A stretch of DNA of 64,000 nucleotides from a bacterium. Its GTDB lineage: Bacteria > Zhuqueibacterota > Zhuqueibacteria > Residuimicrobiales > Krinioviventaceae. How positions within the stretch are numbered: the stretch's first letter is position 1; every line of letters begins with the position of its first letter. Shown here piece after piece: positions 50,024 through 59,765 of this stretch. Both the position numbers and the translations under genes were made by a program. The stretch lies in NCBI GenBank assembly GCA_963675755.2, contig CAXXMD010000002.1:1632001-1696000 (forward strand), read 5' to 3'. The notes below the pieces were generated by a model. It saw only the letters and a program-made list of their open reading frames with translations. It made no database searches and was not told the DNA's origin.

Positions 50024-52120
50024 TTATTTCAATAATAAACATTTTTCTATTTTTTGAAAACCATTTGCTTTCATTTTTATAAAATATGTTCCGGAAGGAT
50101 AAACAGATGCATTCCACATAATACGATAATAACCTGCAGGTGTCTCTTTATTATAGATTATCTCAACAAGCTGCCCTTGAATATTATAAATCGAAATTTG
50201 TATGTCAGACAACTGTGGAACTGAAAAATGGATTTGAGTTTCAGGATTGAATGGATTCGGGTAATTTTTTTCCAAAGCATATTCAAAGGGTAAACTTTTA
50301 ATTTCACTATCAACGAATGTAATTACTTCAAACAAGGGTCGTTTCCAGACACTTCCAAATTGAGTTCCAGCATAAATATTTAAATCTGAAATTACAAGAG
50401 ATTGCACACGTTGACGAAAAAAATCTGCACCAGTGGAAATATCCATCCATGATTCCCCAGAGTCAGTCGAAAGAAAAACACCATTAGCGGTTCCGAGAAA
50501 CAGATTGGTACCTGATGAAACAAAAGAACTTGTATGAAAATTGGTTAAACCAGTATTAACTTGAGTCCAGGTAACTCCCTTATCAGCAGAACGATATATA
50601 CCACATCCATCAGCAGTAGCTACAAACAGGTAAGAATTTAAAACAATTAACGATTCGACAAGTTCGCAAGTTATACCTGTATTTATTGTTGACCAGGTTT
50701 CACCCCTGTCGGTTGTCAGCAAAACACCTCCTCCATCAGTTCCTACAAAAAGATGAGAATCCATTACAGCTAACGAAGTAACAAAATAATTAGACATACC
50801 ATAACTTATATTTTCCCAGGTATCGCCGTTATTTTTGGAAAGATACACACCTTTGGTAGTAGTTCCGGCAAATAGCATTGAATCCATAACAACCAGAGAA
50901 TTAATTGTAGATTGCTCTAAGCCGTTGTTTAATTTTTCCCAAGAAGAACCATTTAGCATTGACCGATAAACAAAACAACCGCTGGTTGCAACAAAAATAT
51001 TTGAATCTTTGACTGCAAAATCTTTAATTCTTAAACAATCCAGTCCCAAACTGGTCACATCCCAGAAATCGCCTTTATTAAAAGAAGTAAAAATGCCTCC
51101 AGACTCTGTTCCCGCAAAAAGCAATGAATCTGTGGCAGCCAATGCAACAATTGAATGCATTTGTAATCCTTGATTCACAGTCTCCCATGTAGCGCCAGCA
51201 TCAGTGGACAATAATACACCCACATTTTCGGTTCCGGCTAACAGATTGGTATCAATAATACTTAGAGCCTGAATTTTATCATATGCAAACCCCGTATCAA
51301 AAGTTGTCCAAGAATCTCCATTATTTTCTGATGATAAAATTTCCCCTCTGGCTGTACCGGCAAAAATAGTAGAATCCTTAACAACCATACACTCGATTGA
51401 GGGTTTCATTGTTCCTGAATGTAATGCTTGCCATGATACACCATTGTCTGTGGAACGAAAAATACCTTCAAAAGTCCCTGCATATATAGTTGTATCAGAG
51501 TTTATTAAACAACGTATATGATCTGCCCATATACCATTGTTAGAGTTTTCCCAGGATTCACCATTGTCTGTCGATACAAAGATGCCATTGCCATGACTAC
51601 CGGCAAAAATAATAGTATCCAGAACTGCAATTGTATTAATACGGGTATTGGTTAATCCTGTATTCACCTCTTCCCAGGAATTCCCCTTATCCGCAGAACG
51701 AAAAATGCCTCCTCCATAGGTTCCTGCAAATAACATTGTATCATACACTACAAGCGTACGAACATCCAGCTCTGTCAAGCCAGAACTTGCATGAGTCCAT
51801 GTTGTACCATTATCCGATGAATAATATATACCATCATGCCCTGTTCCCGCAAACAAGATTGAATCTAAAAAAACAATCGTATTTACATCCTGCATTAGAT
51901 ATTCGGGACTCGTCTTGCTCCAGGATTTGGCATTATTTGTAGACAGAAAAACACCGTCACCATGAGTGCCAATAAAAATGTTTGTATCGGAAACAGCAAA
52001 GGCTCTTACATCTCCACCAAAGGGTCCGTTTGTCTGCAACCATTGAGAATAACTGGTATTAAAAATTGCACCTATAAACAGGAGAAAAAAGCAAAAGATA
52101 AAAAAATAAGCTTTTTGCAC
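50024..52120 (-). CDS. Secreted BNR/Asp-box beta-propeller protein with C-terminal T9SS/FlgD-type domain
   Basis: WLQTNGPFGG start; repeated FAGT..G.F.S.DNG.SW Asp-boxes; NYPNPFNP...PSGTYF C-terminus; GTG start behind GGAG. Confidence 0.85.
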   Translation of the reverse strand: MQKAYFFIFCFFLLFIGAIFNTSYSQWLQTNGPFGGDVRAFAVSDTNIFIGTHGDGVFLSTNNAKSWSKTSPEYLMQDVNTIVFLDSILFAGTGHDGIYYSSDNGTTWTHASSGLTELDVRTLVVYDTMLFAGTYGGGIFRSADKGNSWEEVNTGLTNTRINTIAVLDTIIFAGSHGNGIFVSTDNGESWENSNNGIWADHIRCLINSDTTIYAGTFEGIFRSTDNGVSWQALHSGTMKPSIECMVVKDSTIFAGTARGEILSSENNGDSWTTFDTGFAYDKIQALSIIDTNLLAGTENVGVLLSTDAGATWETVNQGLQMHSIVALAATDSLLFAGTESGGIFTSFNKGDFWDVTSLGLDCLRIKDFAVKDSNIFVATSGCFVYRSMLNGSSWEKLNNGLEQSTINSLVVMDSMLFAGTTTKGVYLSKNNGDTWENISYGMSNYFVTSLAVMDSHLFVGTDGGGVLLTTDRGETWSTINTGITCELVESLIVLNSYLFVATADGCGIYRSADKGVTWTQVNTGLTNFHTSSFVSSGTNLFLGTANGVFLSTDSGESWMDISTGADFFRQRVQSLVISDLNIYAGTQFGSVWKRPLFEVITFVDSEIKSLPFEYALEKNYPNPFNPETQIHFSVPQLSDIQISIYNIQGQLVEIIYNKETPAGYYRIMWNASVYPSGTYFIKMKANGFQKIEKCLLLK

Positions 52121-52215
52121 TTATTACTCCCAATTTGTAAAAATATCAAAATGTGTATTTTAAAACAAAAAAAGGCATGTTTTATATTTCATGATAAACA
52201 ATAATCAAACTAGTC

Positions 52216-52327
52216 GAGTCCGGACTAAAGGGCGATACACTTAAAGCTAGCCCGGCCCTTCGAAACTCTGCCTACGGCATATACTCAGGGCCCGTTTTCT
52301 CCTAAAACGTTAAAAGGCCGCTTAATT
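52216..52327. repeat. Orphan degenerate copy of the tRNA-Glu-associated repeat unit
   Basis: GAGTCCGGACTAAAGGGCGATACAC..CCCGGCCCTTCGAAACTCTGC..ATACTCAGG..CCTAAAACGTTAAAAGGCCGC aligns with GAGTCGGGACCACTGGACGATACTC..CCCGGCCCTTCGATACTCTGC..ATACTCAGG..CCTAAAACGCAAAAAGGC of the 56.6-57.0 kb units. Confidence 0.7.
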
Positions 52328-52724
52328 AATGAACCTTGATTAAATATCCCCAAAGGTTGAATTTTCAAACTTTTAATAAAATCTTGAATCCATGATATGA
52401 GCTGAAGAAAATGAAATAGATCAAGATGTAATCATTTAAAAACCAGTGTTTTAAGGGATTTCTAAATCAGGATATCATTATCCTAATAGTATCAGCAAGT
52501 CTTGCGAATACATAAAGTTTGTATTTCTCTGATAAAATACGAAGCTCGAGTTTTTTGGATTTCAAATTATATTCCGGAATTAATATGCATATTTATTTGT
52601 ATATTGATGTATACCAAAGGGCTCAACACGAATTTTCACACTGGACATTAATTTTGCGTTGCGGTATTATGTCGCCATTCACGCCTGTTAACATTCATGT
52701 TATATAGTTGAATCAAATTAACAT

Positions 52725-53285
52725 ATGAAACTATACATTAAATACATGGTAAGCTTGCGATGCAAGATGATGGTAGAAGAAGAGTTGAAAAAACTTGGAC
52801 TCCATCACTCAAAAATTGAATTGGGTATGGTTGATATTATAGAAAACCTATCCATAGAACAACGTGAGCAATTTAAAAAAAACCTGTCAAGGTCTGGTCT
52901 TGAGCTGCTGGACGATAAAAAGAGTATCCTGATTGAAAAAATTAAAAATGTAATTATAGAAATGATCCATCATTCTAATGAATTACCCAAAGTAAATTAT
53001 TCGGATTATATCAGTGAACAATTAGGCTATGATTATACCTATCTGGCAAATACATTTTCAGAGGTCAAGGGCATAACCATACAGCAGTATATTATCAATC
53101 ATAAAATCGAAAAGGTCAAAGAATTACTTTTATATGACGAGTTGAATCTTACGGAAATTTCCTATAAATTACACTATAGCAGTGTTGCCCATTTGTCCAA
53201 TCAATTCAAAAAAGTCACAGGCCTATCTCCTTCCTTTTACAAACAATTGAAACAAAAACGTAAAAAGAACCTGGAAAACATGTGA
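52725..53285 (+). CDS. AraC-family transcriptional regulator (Bacteroidota type, HMA-like N-terminus)
   Basis: YIKYMVSLRCKMMV N-terminus; YDYTYLAN.FSEV.G.TI, LTEISYKLHYSSVAHLSNQFKK.TG. Confidence 0.92.
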   Translation: MKLYIKYMVSLRCKMMVEEELKKLGLHHSKIELGMVDIIENLSIEQREQFKKNLSRSGLELLDDKKSILIEKIKNVIIEMIHHSNELPKVNYSDYISEQLGYDYTYLANTFSEVKGITIQQYIINHKIEKVKELLLYDELNLTEISYKLHYSSVAHLSNQFKKVTGLSPSFYKQLKQKRKKNLENM

Positions 53286-53494
53286 TATATGTAACATTTA
53301 GCCATTATTATGTAACACAATAATGGTTTGACAAGCCTACATTCATATGCAAGTATTTCTTGTCTATCTCGACAAATCCAGATTGTTTGGGACCTCTCGT
53401 ATAGTTATGTGTACCTGTTTTTATTTTTTTTTTTACAATAACAGCTAATCTTGGGTTTATAAATCAATCTATTCTCCTTAACCAACCCAACCAC

Positions 53495-54667
53495 ATGAAG
53501 CTACAAGTAAATACTTTAAAATACGTATATTCAATTATGAATACTGGTATTAACCTAATCAAAGGGTACCCATTGAAAACAAAAGCAATTGTTTATAGTG
53601 AAAATGAATTCGGCAAGTTGGATGGCAAAGTTGCTAATGGACTGGCCAGACAATCAGAAAAATATGATATTCTTGGTATAATCGACAGTTCCAAAGCAGG
53701 GCTTGATGCCGGAGAGTATCTTGATGGTATAAGGAACGGAATTCCGATCTTTAAAAATATTAAAGATGCGATTAAAAAGCTGGGGTTTGTTCCCGAATCT
53801 TTTATTTATGGCATTGCCCCTCTCTCAACTTTGCTTGATGATGACCAAAGGAATATATTATTTGATGCTATGAAAACAGGCATGAACATTATAAGCGGAC
53901 TGCCCGAATACTTTACAGATGATAAAGAATTTATACAAAAAGCACAAAAATATAATGTGAAAATAGTCGATGTCAGAAAACCCCCGGCACGTAAAGATTT
54001 GCATCTATTCTCTGGACGTATTGTTAATGTCAATGTACCGGTCATCACTGTATTGGGCACAGATTGTGCCGTTGGCAAAAGGACTACCGCACTCAAAATT
54101 GTTGAAGCCTTGAGACAAAATGGTTTAAAGGCCTCATTCGTAACAACAGGGCAAACCGGTTTGCTTCAGGGATCAAAGTTTGGTATAGCGGTAGATGTTT
54201 TAACAACTGGATACTCTACCGGAGAAGTTGAAAATGCAGTTGTAAATGCTTATGAACAAGAAAATCCGGATATAATCGTGGTCGAAGGTCAGGGCTCTTT
54301 GGGGCATCCGGCATTTACCTCTTCGGTTGCAATTATAAGGGGGTCTATGCCAAATGCAATTATACTTCAACACCCGCCAAAAAGAAAAAGCCGGTGCGAT
54401 TTTTCCAGTTTTCCCATGCCCACACTTGAAAGTGAGATCGAACTCTTGCAAGTATTTTCTAAATCAAAAGTTATTGCCATCACAATCAATCATGAAGACA
54501 TGACTGACAATGAAGTGAGTACTAAAATAAAAGAATATGAATATAGATTTGAAATCCCTGCAACTGATGTTTTAAAATTTGGATGTGATAAAATTGTTGA
54601 ACAGTTGTTTAACACTTTTCCGGAATTACAGGAAAGCGCTCCGCTGGTATGTCAACTCCAAGATTAG
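53495..54667 (+). CDS. DUF1611-family P-loop protein (D-glutamate N-acetyltransferase DgcN-like); start may be TTG 53573
   Basis: GKVANGL, GTDCAVGKRTT, TGQTG, VEGQGSL.HP motifs. Confidence 0.85.
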   Translation: MKLQVNTLKYVYSIMNTGINLIKGYPLKTKAIVYSENEFGKLDGKVANGLARQSEKYDILGIIDSSKAGLDAGEYLDGIRNGIPIFKNIKDAIKKLGFVPESFIYGIAPLSTLLDDDQRNILFDAMKTGMNIISGLPEYFTDDKEFIQKAQKYNVKIVDVRKPPARKDLHLFSGRIVNVNVPVITVLGTDCAVGKRTTALKIVEALRQNGLKASFVTTGQTGLLQGSKFGIAVDVLTTGYSTGEVENAVVNAYEQENPDIIVVEGQGSLGHPAFTSSVAIIRGSMPNAIILQHPPKRKSRCDFSSFPMPTLESEIELLQVFSKSKVIAITINHEDMTDNEVSTKIKEYEYRFEIPATDVLKFGCDKIVEQLFNTFPELQESAPLVCQLQD

Positions 54668-55713
54668 AAATAGACCTCAATAAAATCACTCATAATGCAA
54701 CAATGCTGAAAGAGCTGTATGGTTCAAAAGGCATTGATGTTATTGGGGTGACAAAAGCCATTTGCGGAGAACCTGTCATTGCTGATGCTTTACTACAAGC
54801 AGGTATAAACATCCTTGCTGATTCAAGAATAGACAATATCATAAAAATGCGCAATTCAGGAATAGATGCCAGGTTTATGCTTTTAAGGACTCCCTGCCTC
54901 AGTCAGTCCCAAGGTGTTGTAAAATTTGCGGACATTAGTCTGAATTCTGAACTCATTGTTATTCAAAAACTTGCACATTTTGCAATACAATCTCAAACCA
55001 CGCATCAAATCATTTTAATGGTAGAACTAGGAGATTTAAGAGAAGGTCTCATGCCAAAGGATTTAGATCGTACTATTCAACAGGTATTAAAGCTTGAAGG
55101 TATTGAGCTTGTAGGATTAGGGACAAATCTGGCCTGTTTTGGCGGCATTAAACCTGATAATGAAAAAATGGAAATGCTGTCATCCATTGCTATAGATGTT
55201 GAAAAAAAATTCGACCTTTTATTGGAATTCATTTCCGGTGGCAACTCGGCTAATTATAATTGGTTCATGTCAGCTACAAATATAGGAAAAATTAACAACC
55301 TGCGGCTTGGAGAATCAATTTATTTGGGATGTGAGACACTTGACAGGGAACCCATTGCCGGATTGGTAACTGACGCGTTTACCCTGGTAGCAGAAGTGAT
55401 TGAATCTAAAACAAAACCCTCTCTTCCCTATGGAAAAACAGGTCAGGATGCCTTTGGAAACACACCTGTATTTCAAGACCAAGGTTCTATGAGGAGAGCT
55501 ATATTGGGGATTGGTTTGCAGGATATTCCGGTTTCTGGATTAACTCCCAGAATGGATATTGATATTCTGGGAGCAAGTAGTGATCACATGATCATTAACA
55601 CAAAAAACATAAAACTACAGGTGGGAGACGAATTGACATTTAATTTGAATTATGGAGCTTTGCTTGCAGCAATGACTTCGTCATACGTATATAAAGAGGT
55701 TAAAAGCATATGA
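54649..55713 (+). CDS. Alanine/ornithine racemase-family PLP enzyme (fold type III)
   Basis: GVTK (PLP Lys), ADSR, ELGDLREG, GTNLACFG, SGGNS, LRLGES, GASSDH; overlaps the DUF1611 gene. Confidence 0.9.
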   Translation: MSTPRLEIDLNKITHNATMLKELYGSKGIDVIGVTKAICGEPVIADALLQAGINILADSRIDNIIKMRNSGIDARFMLLRTPCLSQSQGVVKFADISLNSELIVIQKLAHFAIQSQTTHQIILMVELGDLREGLMPKDLDRTIQQVLKLEGIELVGLGTNLACFGGIKPDNEKMEMLSSIAIDVEKKFDLLLEFISGGNSANYNWFMSATNIGKINNLRLGESIYLGCETLDREPIAGLVTDAFTLVAEVIESKTKPSLPYGKTGQDAFGNTPVFQDQGSMRRAILGIGLQDIPVSGLTPRMDIDILGASSDHMIINTKNIKLQVGDELTFNLNYGALLAAMTSSYVYKEVKSI

Positions 55714-56384
55714 ATACCCGAGAATATTGCATAAAAGCTGAGCAAAAAGAAAAAAGAATCAAACAGCTTTATCCTACTTTTCCTGTCAAAGAAGATAATT
55801 CTCCACTGGTTAGTCTAAAAGATTCGGGATTTAGTTTAATGTTTGAGCCCACAATTATAGAAAATTATCAATATTTGGTAAGAGAAGCTGTTTATGAAAA
55901 AATTGGTCGCATAAGTAAAATACTGGCCCGGGACGATAAAGAATTGATCATTCGTTCAGCCTGGAGATCTTTTGAACATCAGCGTTTTTTATGGGAAAAT
56001 AAAGTTGTCTTTATGCAACAAACACATCCGGACAAATCATTGGAAGAAATAGCAGAGATCGTTTCATTTTATATCGCTCCTGATACCTTGTCGATGCATG
56101 CAACCGGTGGCGCTGTGGATGCGTTGATATTCGATTTGAAAAACAATTGTGTTATGGATTTTGGAACGAATGAGGGTTTAAAAATAGACCTGAATGAAAG
56201 ATGTTACCCCTACCATCCGGATATATCATTCAATGCCCAAAAGAACAGAAAATTATTAATTGATCTGTTTGAAAATGAAGATTTTGTCGTTGATGTTATA
56301 GAATACTGGCATTTCAACTATGGCAATGCCTGTTGGGCAATAGAAACAGGAAATGAAGCAATATATGATGTTATAAATCCGTAA
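55710..56384 (+). CDS. D-Ala-D-Ala dipeptidase-like (peptidase M15D/VanX family)
   Basis: SAWRS..Q, HATGGAVD and EYWHF zinc-binding motifs; ATGA overlap with the racemase. Confidence 0.85.
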   Translation: MNTREYCIKAEQKEKRIKQLYPTFPVKEDNSPLVSLKDSGFSLMFEPTIIENYQYLVREAVYEKIGRISKILARDDKELIIRSAWRSFEHQRFLWENKVVFMQQTHPDKSLEEIAEIVSFYIAPDTLSMHATGGAVDALIFDLKNNCVMDFGTNEGLKIDLNERCYPYHPDISFNAQKNRKLLIDLFENEDFVVDVIEYWHFNYGNACWAIETGNEAIYDVINP

Positions 56385-56474
56385 ATACCCATTTATCCTT
56401 TAATCATTCCGATTATTTACATAAAAATATATTCAATTGTGTGACACCTTTTCCAATTCAAGAACGTCATTAAT

Positions 56475-57179
56475 GCATTGCGAAGGCGAGGTGGCCTCTT
56501 GTTGCTGGAATGATAAAACCAGACTCGGTACCACTGGACGATACTTAATACTCTTAAACGCAAAAAGGCTATCATTTCTGATAGCCTTTCAAAGCATCCC
56601 CTAGGGGAGTCGAACCCCTGTTGCTGGAAAGATAAAACCAGAGTCGGGACCACTGGACGATACTCTCAATGTAATCCCGGCCCTTCGATACTCTGCATGC
56701 GGCAGATACTCAGGAACAGGTCCCCCTAAAACGCAAAAAGGCTATCATTTCTGATAGCCTTTTAAAGCATCCCCTAGGGGAGTTGAAAATCTGTTGCTGG
56801 AATGATAAAACCAGAGTCGGGACCACTGGATGATACTCTAATCCCCCTAAACGCAAAAAGGCCGCCTAACTTGGCAGCCTTTTAAAGCATCCCCTAGGGG
56901 AGTCGAACCCCTGTTGCTGGAAAGAAAAACCAGAGTCGGGACCACTGGACGATACTCTCAATGTAATCCCGGCCCTTCGATACTCTGCATGCGGCAGATA
57001 CTCAGGAACAGGTCCCCTTAAAACGCAAAAAGGCTATCATTTCTGATAGCCTTTTAAAGCATCCCCTAGGGGAGTTGAAAATCTGTTGCTGGAATGATAA
57101 AACCAGAGTCGGGACCACTGGATGATACTCTAATCCCCCTAAACGCAAAAAGGCCGCCTAACTTGGCAGCCTTTAAAAG
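56475..57179 (-). repeat. Tandem array of five terminator + degenerate tRNA-Glu units downstream of tRNA-Glu
   Basis: GCAT(CCCCTAGGGGAG) unit starts at 56475, 56594, 56767, 56887, 57059 and, for the real tRNA, 57179 (spacings 119/173/120/172/120); long units carry a ~53-bp REP-like insert. Confidence 0.92.
57142..57178 (-). terminator. Rho-independent terminator directly after tRNA-Glu (a terminator recurs in every array unit)
   Basis: Minus strand AAAGGCTGCC-AAGTTA-GGCGGCCTTTTTGCGTTT. Confidence 0.8.
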
Positions 57180-57251
57180 CATCCCCTAGGGGAGTCGAAC
57201 CCCTGTTGCAGGAATGAAAATCCTGAGTCCTAACCACTAGACGAAGGGGAC
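57180..57251 (-). tRNA. tRNA-Glu (TTC), CCA not encoded
   Basis: GTCCCCT TC GTC TAGTGGTTAG GAC T CAGGA TTTTCAT TCCTG CAAC AGGGG TTCGACT CCCCT AGGGGAT G folds into a full cloverleaf. Confidence 0.95.
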
Positions 57252-57278
57252 GTCTAATTATTTTTTGGTGTAAATCAG

Positions 57279-57352
57279 GGTGAGTGACGGGACTTGAACC
57301 CGCGACGACCAGGACCACAACCTAGCGCTCTACCAACTGAGCTACACCCACC
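57279..57352 (-). tRNA. tRNA-His (GTG) with encoded G-1
   Basis: G GTGGGTG TAGCTCAGTTGGTAGAGC G CTAGG TTGTGGT CCTGG TCGTC GCGGG TTCAAGT CCCGT CACTCAC C. Confidence 0.95.
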
Positions 57353-57389
57353 ATATTGCTGAGCAGAAAGCTCTCGTACATAGCTATAT

Positions 57390-57418
57390 AATATATAATT
57401 TTTTTTAATTCTAGTCAA
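57390..57418 (-). promoter_or_regulatory. Sigma70-type promoter for the tRNA-His/tRNA-Glu pair
   Basis: Minus strand TTGACT-17 bp-TATATT, 37 bp upstream of tRNA-His. Confidence 0.6.
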
Positions 57419-58149
57419 GTATTTTTTGTATTTTTTAACAACTTTTTTACACGGTCCGGGTAATTACTGATAATTGCTTCTACCCCACTGTCAATTAATG
57501 GCAGAATCTCTGTTTCTGTATTGGGTGTCCACGTCCAGAGGCGCTTTTGCATACTATTCCAAAGTGCTGCATTCTTTTCAGAAATCAGTGTAAATTTTGG
57601 ACAAACATAATCAAATCTTCTGGTATCTGCTTTTTCAAAATCGCTCATTTTTGAAAAAATCAATCCTACAGCAATATGCGGGGCCAAATCTTTAATACTG
57701 TACAAAATTGTATCTGAAAAAGAAGTAATTATAAAGTCGTTAAAGCGGGTCCGTTCCAGCAATTGCAGCAAGGGTTTTACAATATCCAGATCAGCAGCAG
57801 TATGATATTTCACCTCTATATCCAGCAACATTTTACCTTTGACCTGTTCAATCACATTATCAAACAAGGGCACGGTCTCATCCCCAAATTCCGGTGAAAA
57901 CCAGCTACCCGCATCGCCCTGTTTCAACTGCTCCAGCGTAAACTTTTTCAAATGGCCCTTGAGGTTGGTGGTACGATCGAGTTTTTCGTCATGCATAACC
58001 ACAATGCGGTTATCTGCGGTGAGCTGCACATCCAGTTCAATACCATCCGCACCCATTTCAATGGCCTTTTCAAAAGCGGCATGTGTATTTTCCGGTGCGT
58101 ATCCGGATGCGCCACGATGAGCAATGTTTAAAATATCATGATTCGACAT
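57415..58149 (-). CDS. Glycerophosphodiester phosphodiesterase (GlpQ/UgpQ family)
   Basis: IAHRGASGYAPENT, IELDVQLT.D..VVMHD, IEVK, WTPN, IISNYPD. Confidence 0.94.
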   Translation of the reverse strand: MSNHDILNIAHRGASGYAPENTHAAFEKAIEMGADGIELDVQLTADNRIVVMHDEKLDRTTNLKGHLKKFTLEQLKQGDAGSWFSPEFGDETVPLFDNVIEQVKGKMLLDIEVKYHTAADLDIVKPLLQLLERTRFNDFIITSFSDTILYSIKDLAPHIAVGLIFSKMSDFEKADTRRFDYVCPKFTLISEKNAALWNSMQKRLWTWTPNTETEILPLIDSGVEAIISNYPDRVKKLLKNTKNT

Positions 58150-58501
58150 ACATCCTCTTGTCCATGAAATAAGCGATTGCCAATCCTATAGCATAAAACA
58201 AAAAATCCAACACATCAAATTGCGATCCCAAAATCCAGATAAATGGAGCAGGTAAATTCAGCGCTTTGGGAATACCCGAAAGTTGAAAACACTCTACAAA
58301 TACTGCAACAGCAGCTATAATAATCAATTTATTAAAAGGCTTTAAACGGGTAAAAAAGGCGCCAAGCACAAAATATAGGCAAGCTACAATACCAACATCT
58401 CCCACCCAGGCATCAACTGCTGAACGAAAAGGACCGGTATACAGTTTAGAGGCAACGGCAAATACCAGAAACAATCCTGCCCAAAACAGATAACGTTTCA
58501 T
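58136..58501 (-). CDS. DUF2809-like small membrane protein
   Basis: GDV, VECFQL, ILGSQFD..DFLFY.IG pattern; start at MKRYLF (ATG 58501). Confidence 0.7.
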   Translation of the reverse strand: MKRYLFWAGLFLVFAVASKLYTGPFRSAVDAWVGDVGIVACLYFVLGAFFTRLKPFNKLIIIAAVAVFVECFQLSGIPKALNLPAPFIWILGSQFDVLDFLFYAIGLAIAYFMDKRMYVES

Positions 58502-58511
58502 CAATACAACT

Positions 58512-59744
58512 CTATTCAACCTGCCACATGTGAATATAGGCATTGGTAGATCTGTCGCTAAAGGCATAAACAAAGCCATAGCCATAATAAACCATCCTGT
58601 CCCCTCTCATGGCTCCAACAGATAAAATATTCAGACCCGGCACTCCATTCACTGTTCCCTCTGCAAATCCATTGCTGATTGCAAGATTCTGCTCTGAAAT
58701 TGTGGAATAAAACTGGTCCCATAACTCCCGAATATTGCCCCAATTCAGGGCCGCGGTGGTATCTGAACTGTAAAAAATCCGGTCCATTCTGGAATATACA
58801 TCCTGCCAGATTTCATTCTCATAAAAATGAGACGACAGTTCCTCAGATGTCAAGTTTTTTATGGTATCCGATTCCACCATAATATTTGCATCCAGCACTC
58901 CAACACGTACCAGATCAAATTCCTCGTACTGCATTGAGGTACGAATAACCAGCTCGTCAATATATCCATTTAAATAGTTTCCAACACCAAAACTACCGGT
59001 AGTACCCGCCCCAATAGTCAGGTTTGAACTGGAAACATTGAGGTTGATTCTGTCAGACTCGAAGGTAAAAGTAGTATCAACCGCATTGGTAATCTGCAGA
59101 TAAGGCGGACTGGGGGAAAACTGTCCACGCAGAGAGTACCATTGGTTTGGGTTTAAAGCTGAATTTGCTGTAATTCGCGTAGCAACATTGTCTTTACTGA
59201 TCTCAAAATAAGGTACCCTGTCAATCAGCCCCATTCGGTAACCGTCACCTTTGTAATCGATTTTATCAACAATAATTTGGTGTGAGAGTTGTGAATCAAA
59301 CACATTCAGCACAACATCAACCGACACACCATAAATACCGCTCAATTGATAATAATAATCATAAATCTGACCATACGAGTTCAAACCGGACAATGCAACA
59401 GTCCGTCTGACTTTATCTCCATCGGTTGAAACATCCCATTCCGTATTTGTGAGAAAGGCATTATTTTCAAATCCCGACTCGTCATGCGCGGTTTCACCGA
59501 TATTTTCATCAAAATTCAAAACAACCACGGGCAATTCCACAATTGCGTTTGCCTTGTTCAGCTTTGCATGGATTGTTTGAACAGCATTATCATCCAAAAT
59601 TGCACCAAACGGTGCATTGTGGAACTCGAGTTCAAGAGCAAGTTCCGGCTCGGAAGCCACAGGCGTATTGGGAGATTTCATACAGCCAATCCCAATAAAG
59701 ATCAATATGAGTATACTACCAACAATTCCAGTATATTTAGACAT
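58512..59744 (-). CDS. Lipoprotein with LamG/concanavalin-like domain
   Basis: Lipobox IGIGC; LNFDENIGETAHDESG, NQWY, LTIGA..LNGYIDEL. Confidence 0.72.
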   Translation of the reverse strand: MSKYTGIVGSILILIFIGIGCMKSPNTPVASEPELALELEFHNAPFGAILDDNAVQTIHAKLNKANAIVELPVVVLNFDENIGETAHDESGFENNAFLTNTEWDVSTDGDKVRRTVALSGLNSYGQIYDYYYQLSGIYGVSVDVVLNVFDSQLSHQIIVDKIDYKGDGYRMGLIDRVPYFEISKDNVATRITANSALNPNQWYSLRGQFSPSPPYLQITNAVDTTFTFESDRINLNVSSSNLTIGAGTTGSFGVGNYLNGYIDELVIRTSMQYEEFDLVRVGVLDANIMVESDTIKNLTSEELSSHFYENEIWQDVYSRMDRIFYSSDTTAALNWGNIRELWDQFYSTISEQNLAISNGFAEGTVNGVPGLNILSVGAMRGDRMVYYGYGFVYAFSDRSTNAYIHMWQVE

Positions 59745-59765
59745 ATATTACCTCAGTCATCTAGA

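Noticed and set aside
56417-56653. 78-aa minus-strand ORF
   Set aside because: It is the translation of the pseudo-tRNA repeat units
56594-57130. Functional extra tRNA genes or frameshift-suppressor tRNAs (8-nt anticodon loops) explaining the two frameshifted genes
   Set aside because: The 5' acceptor strand cannot pair with the 3' strand, two copies have a damaged T arm, and each copy lies behind a terminator
56475-57179. CRISPR array
   Set aside because: Units are 120-173 bp and derive from tRNA-Glu plus a terminator; intervening sequences repeat instead of being unique spacers; no cas genes in the window
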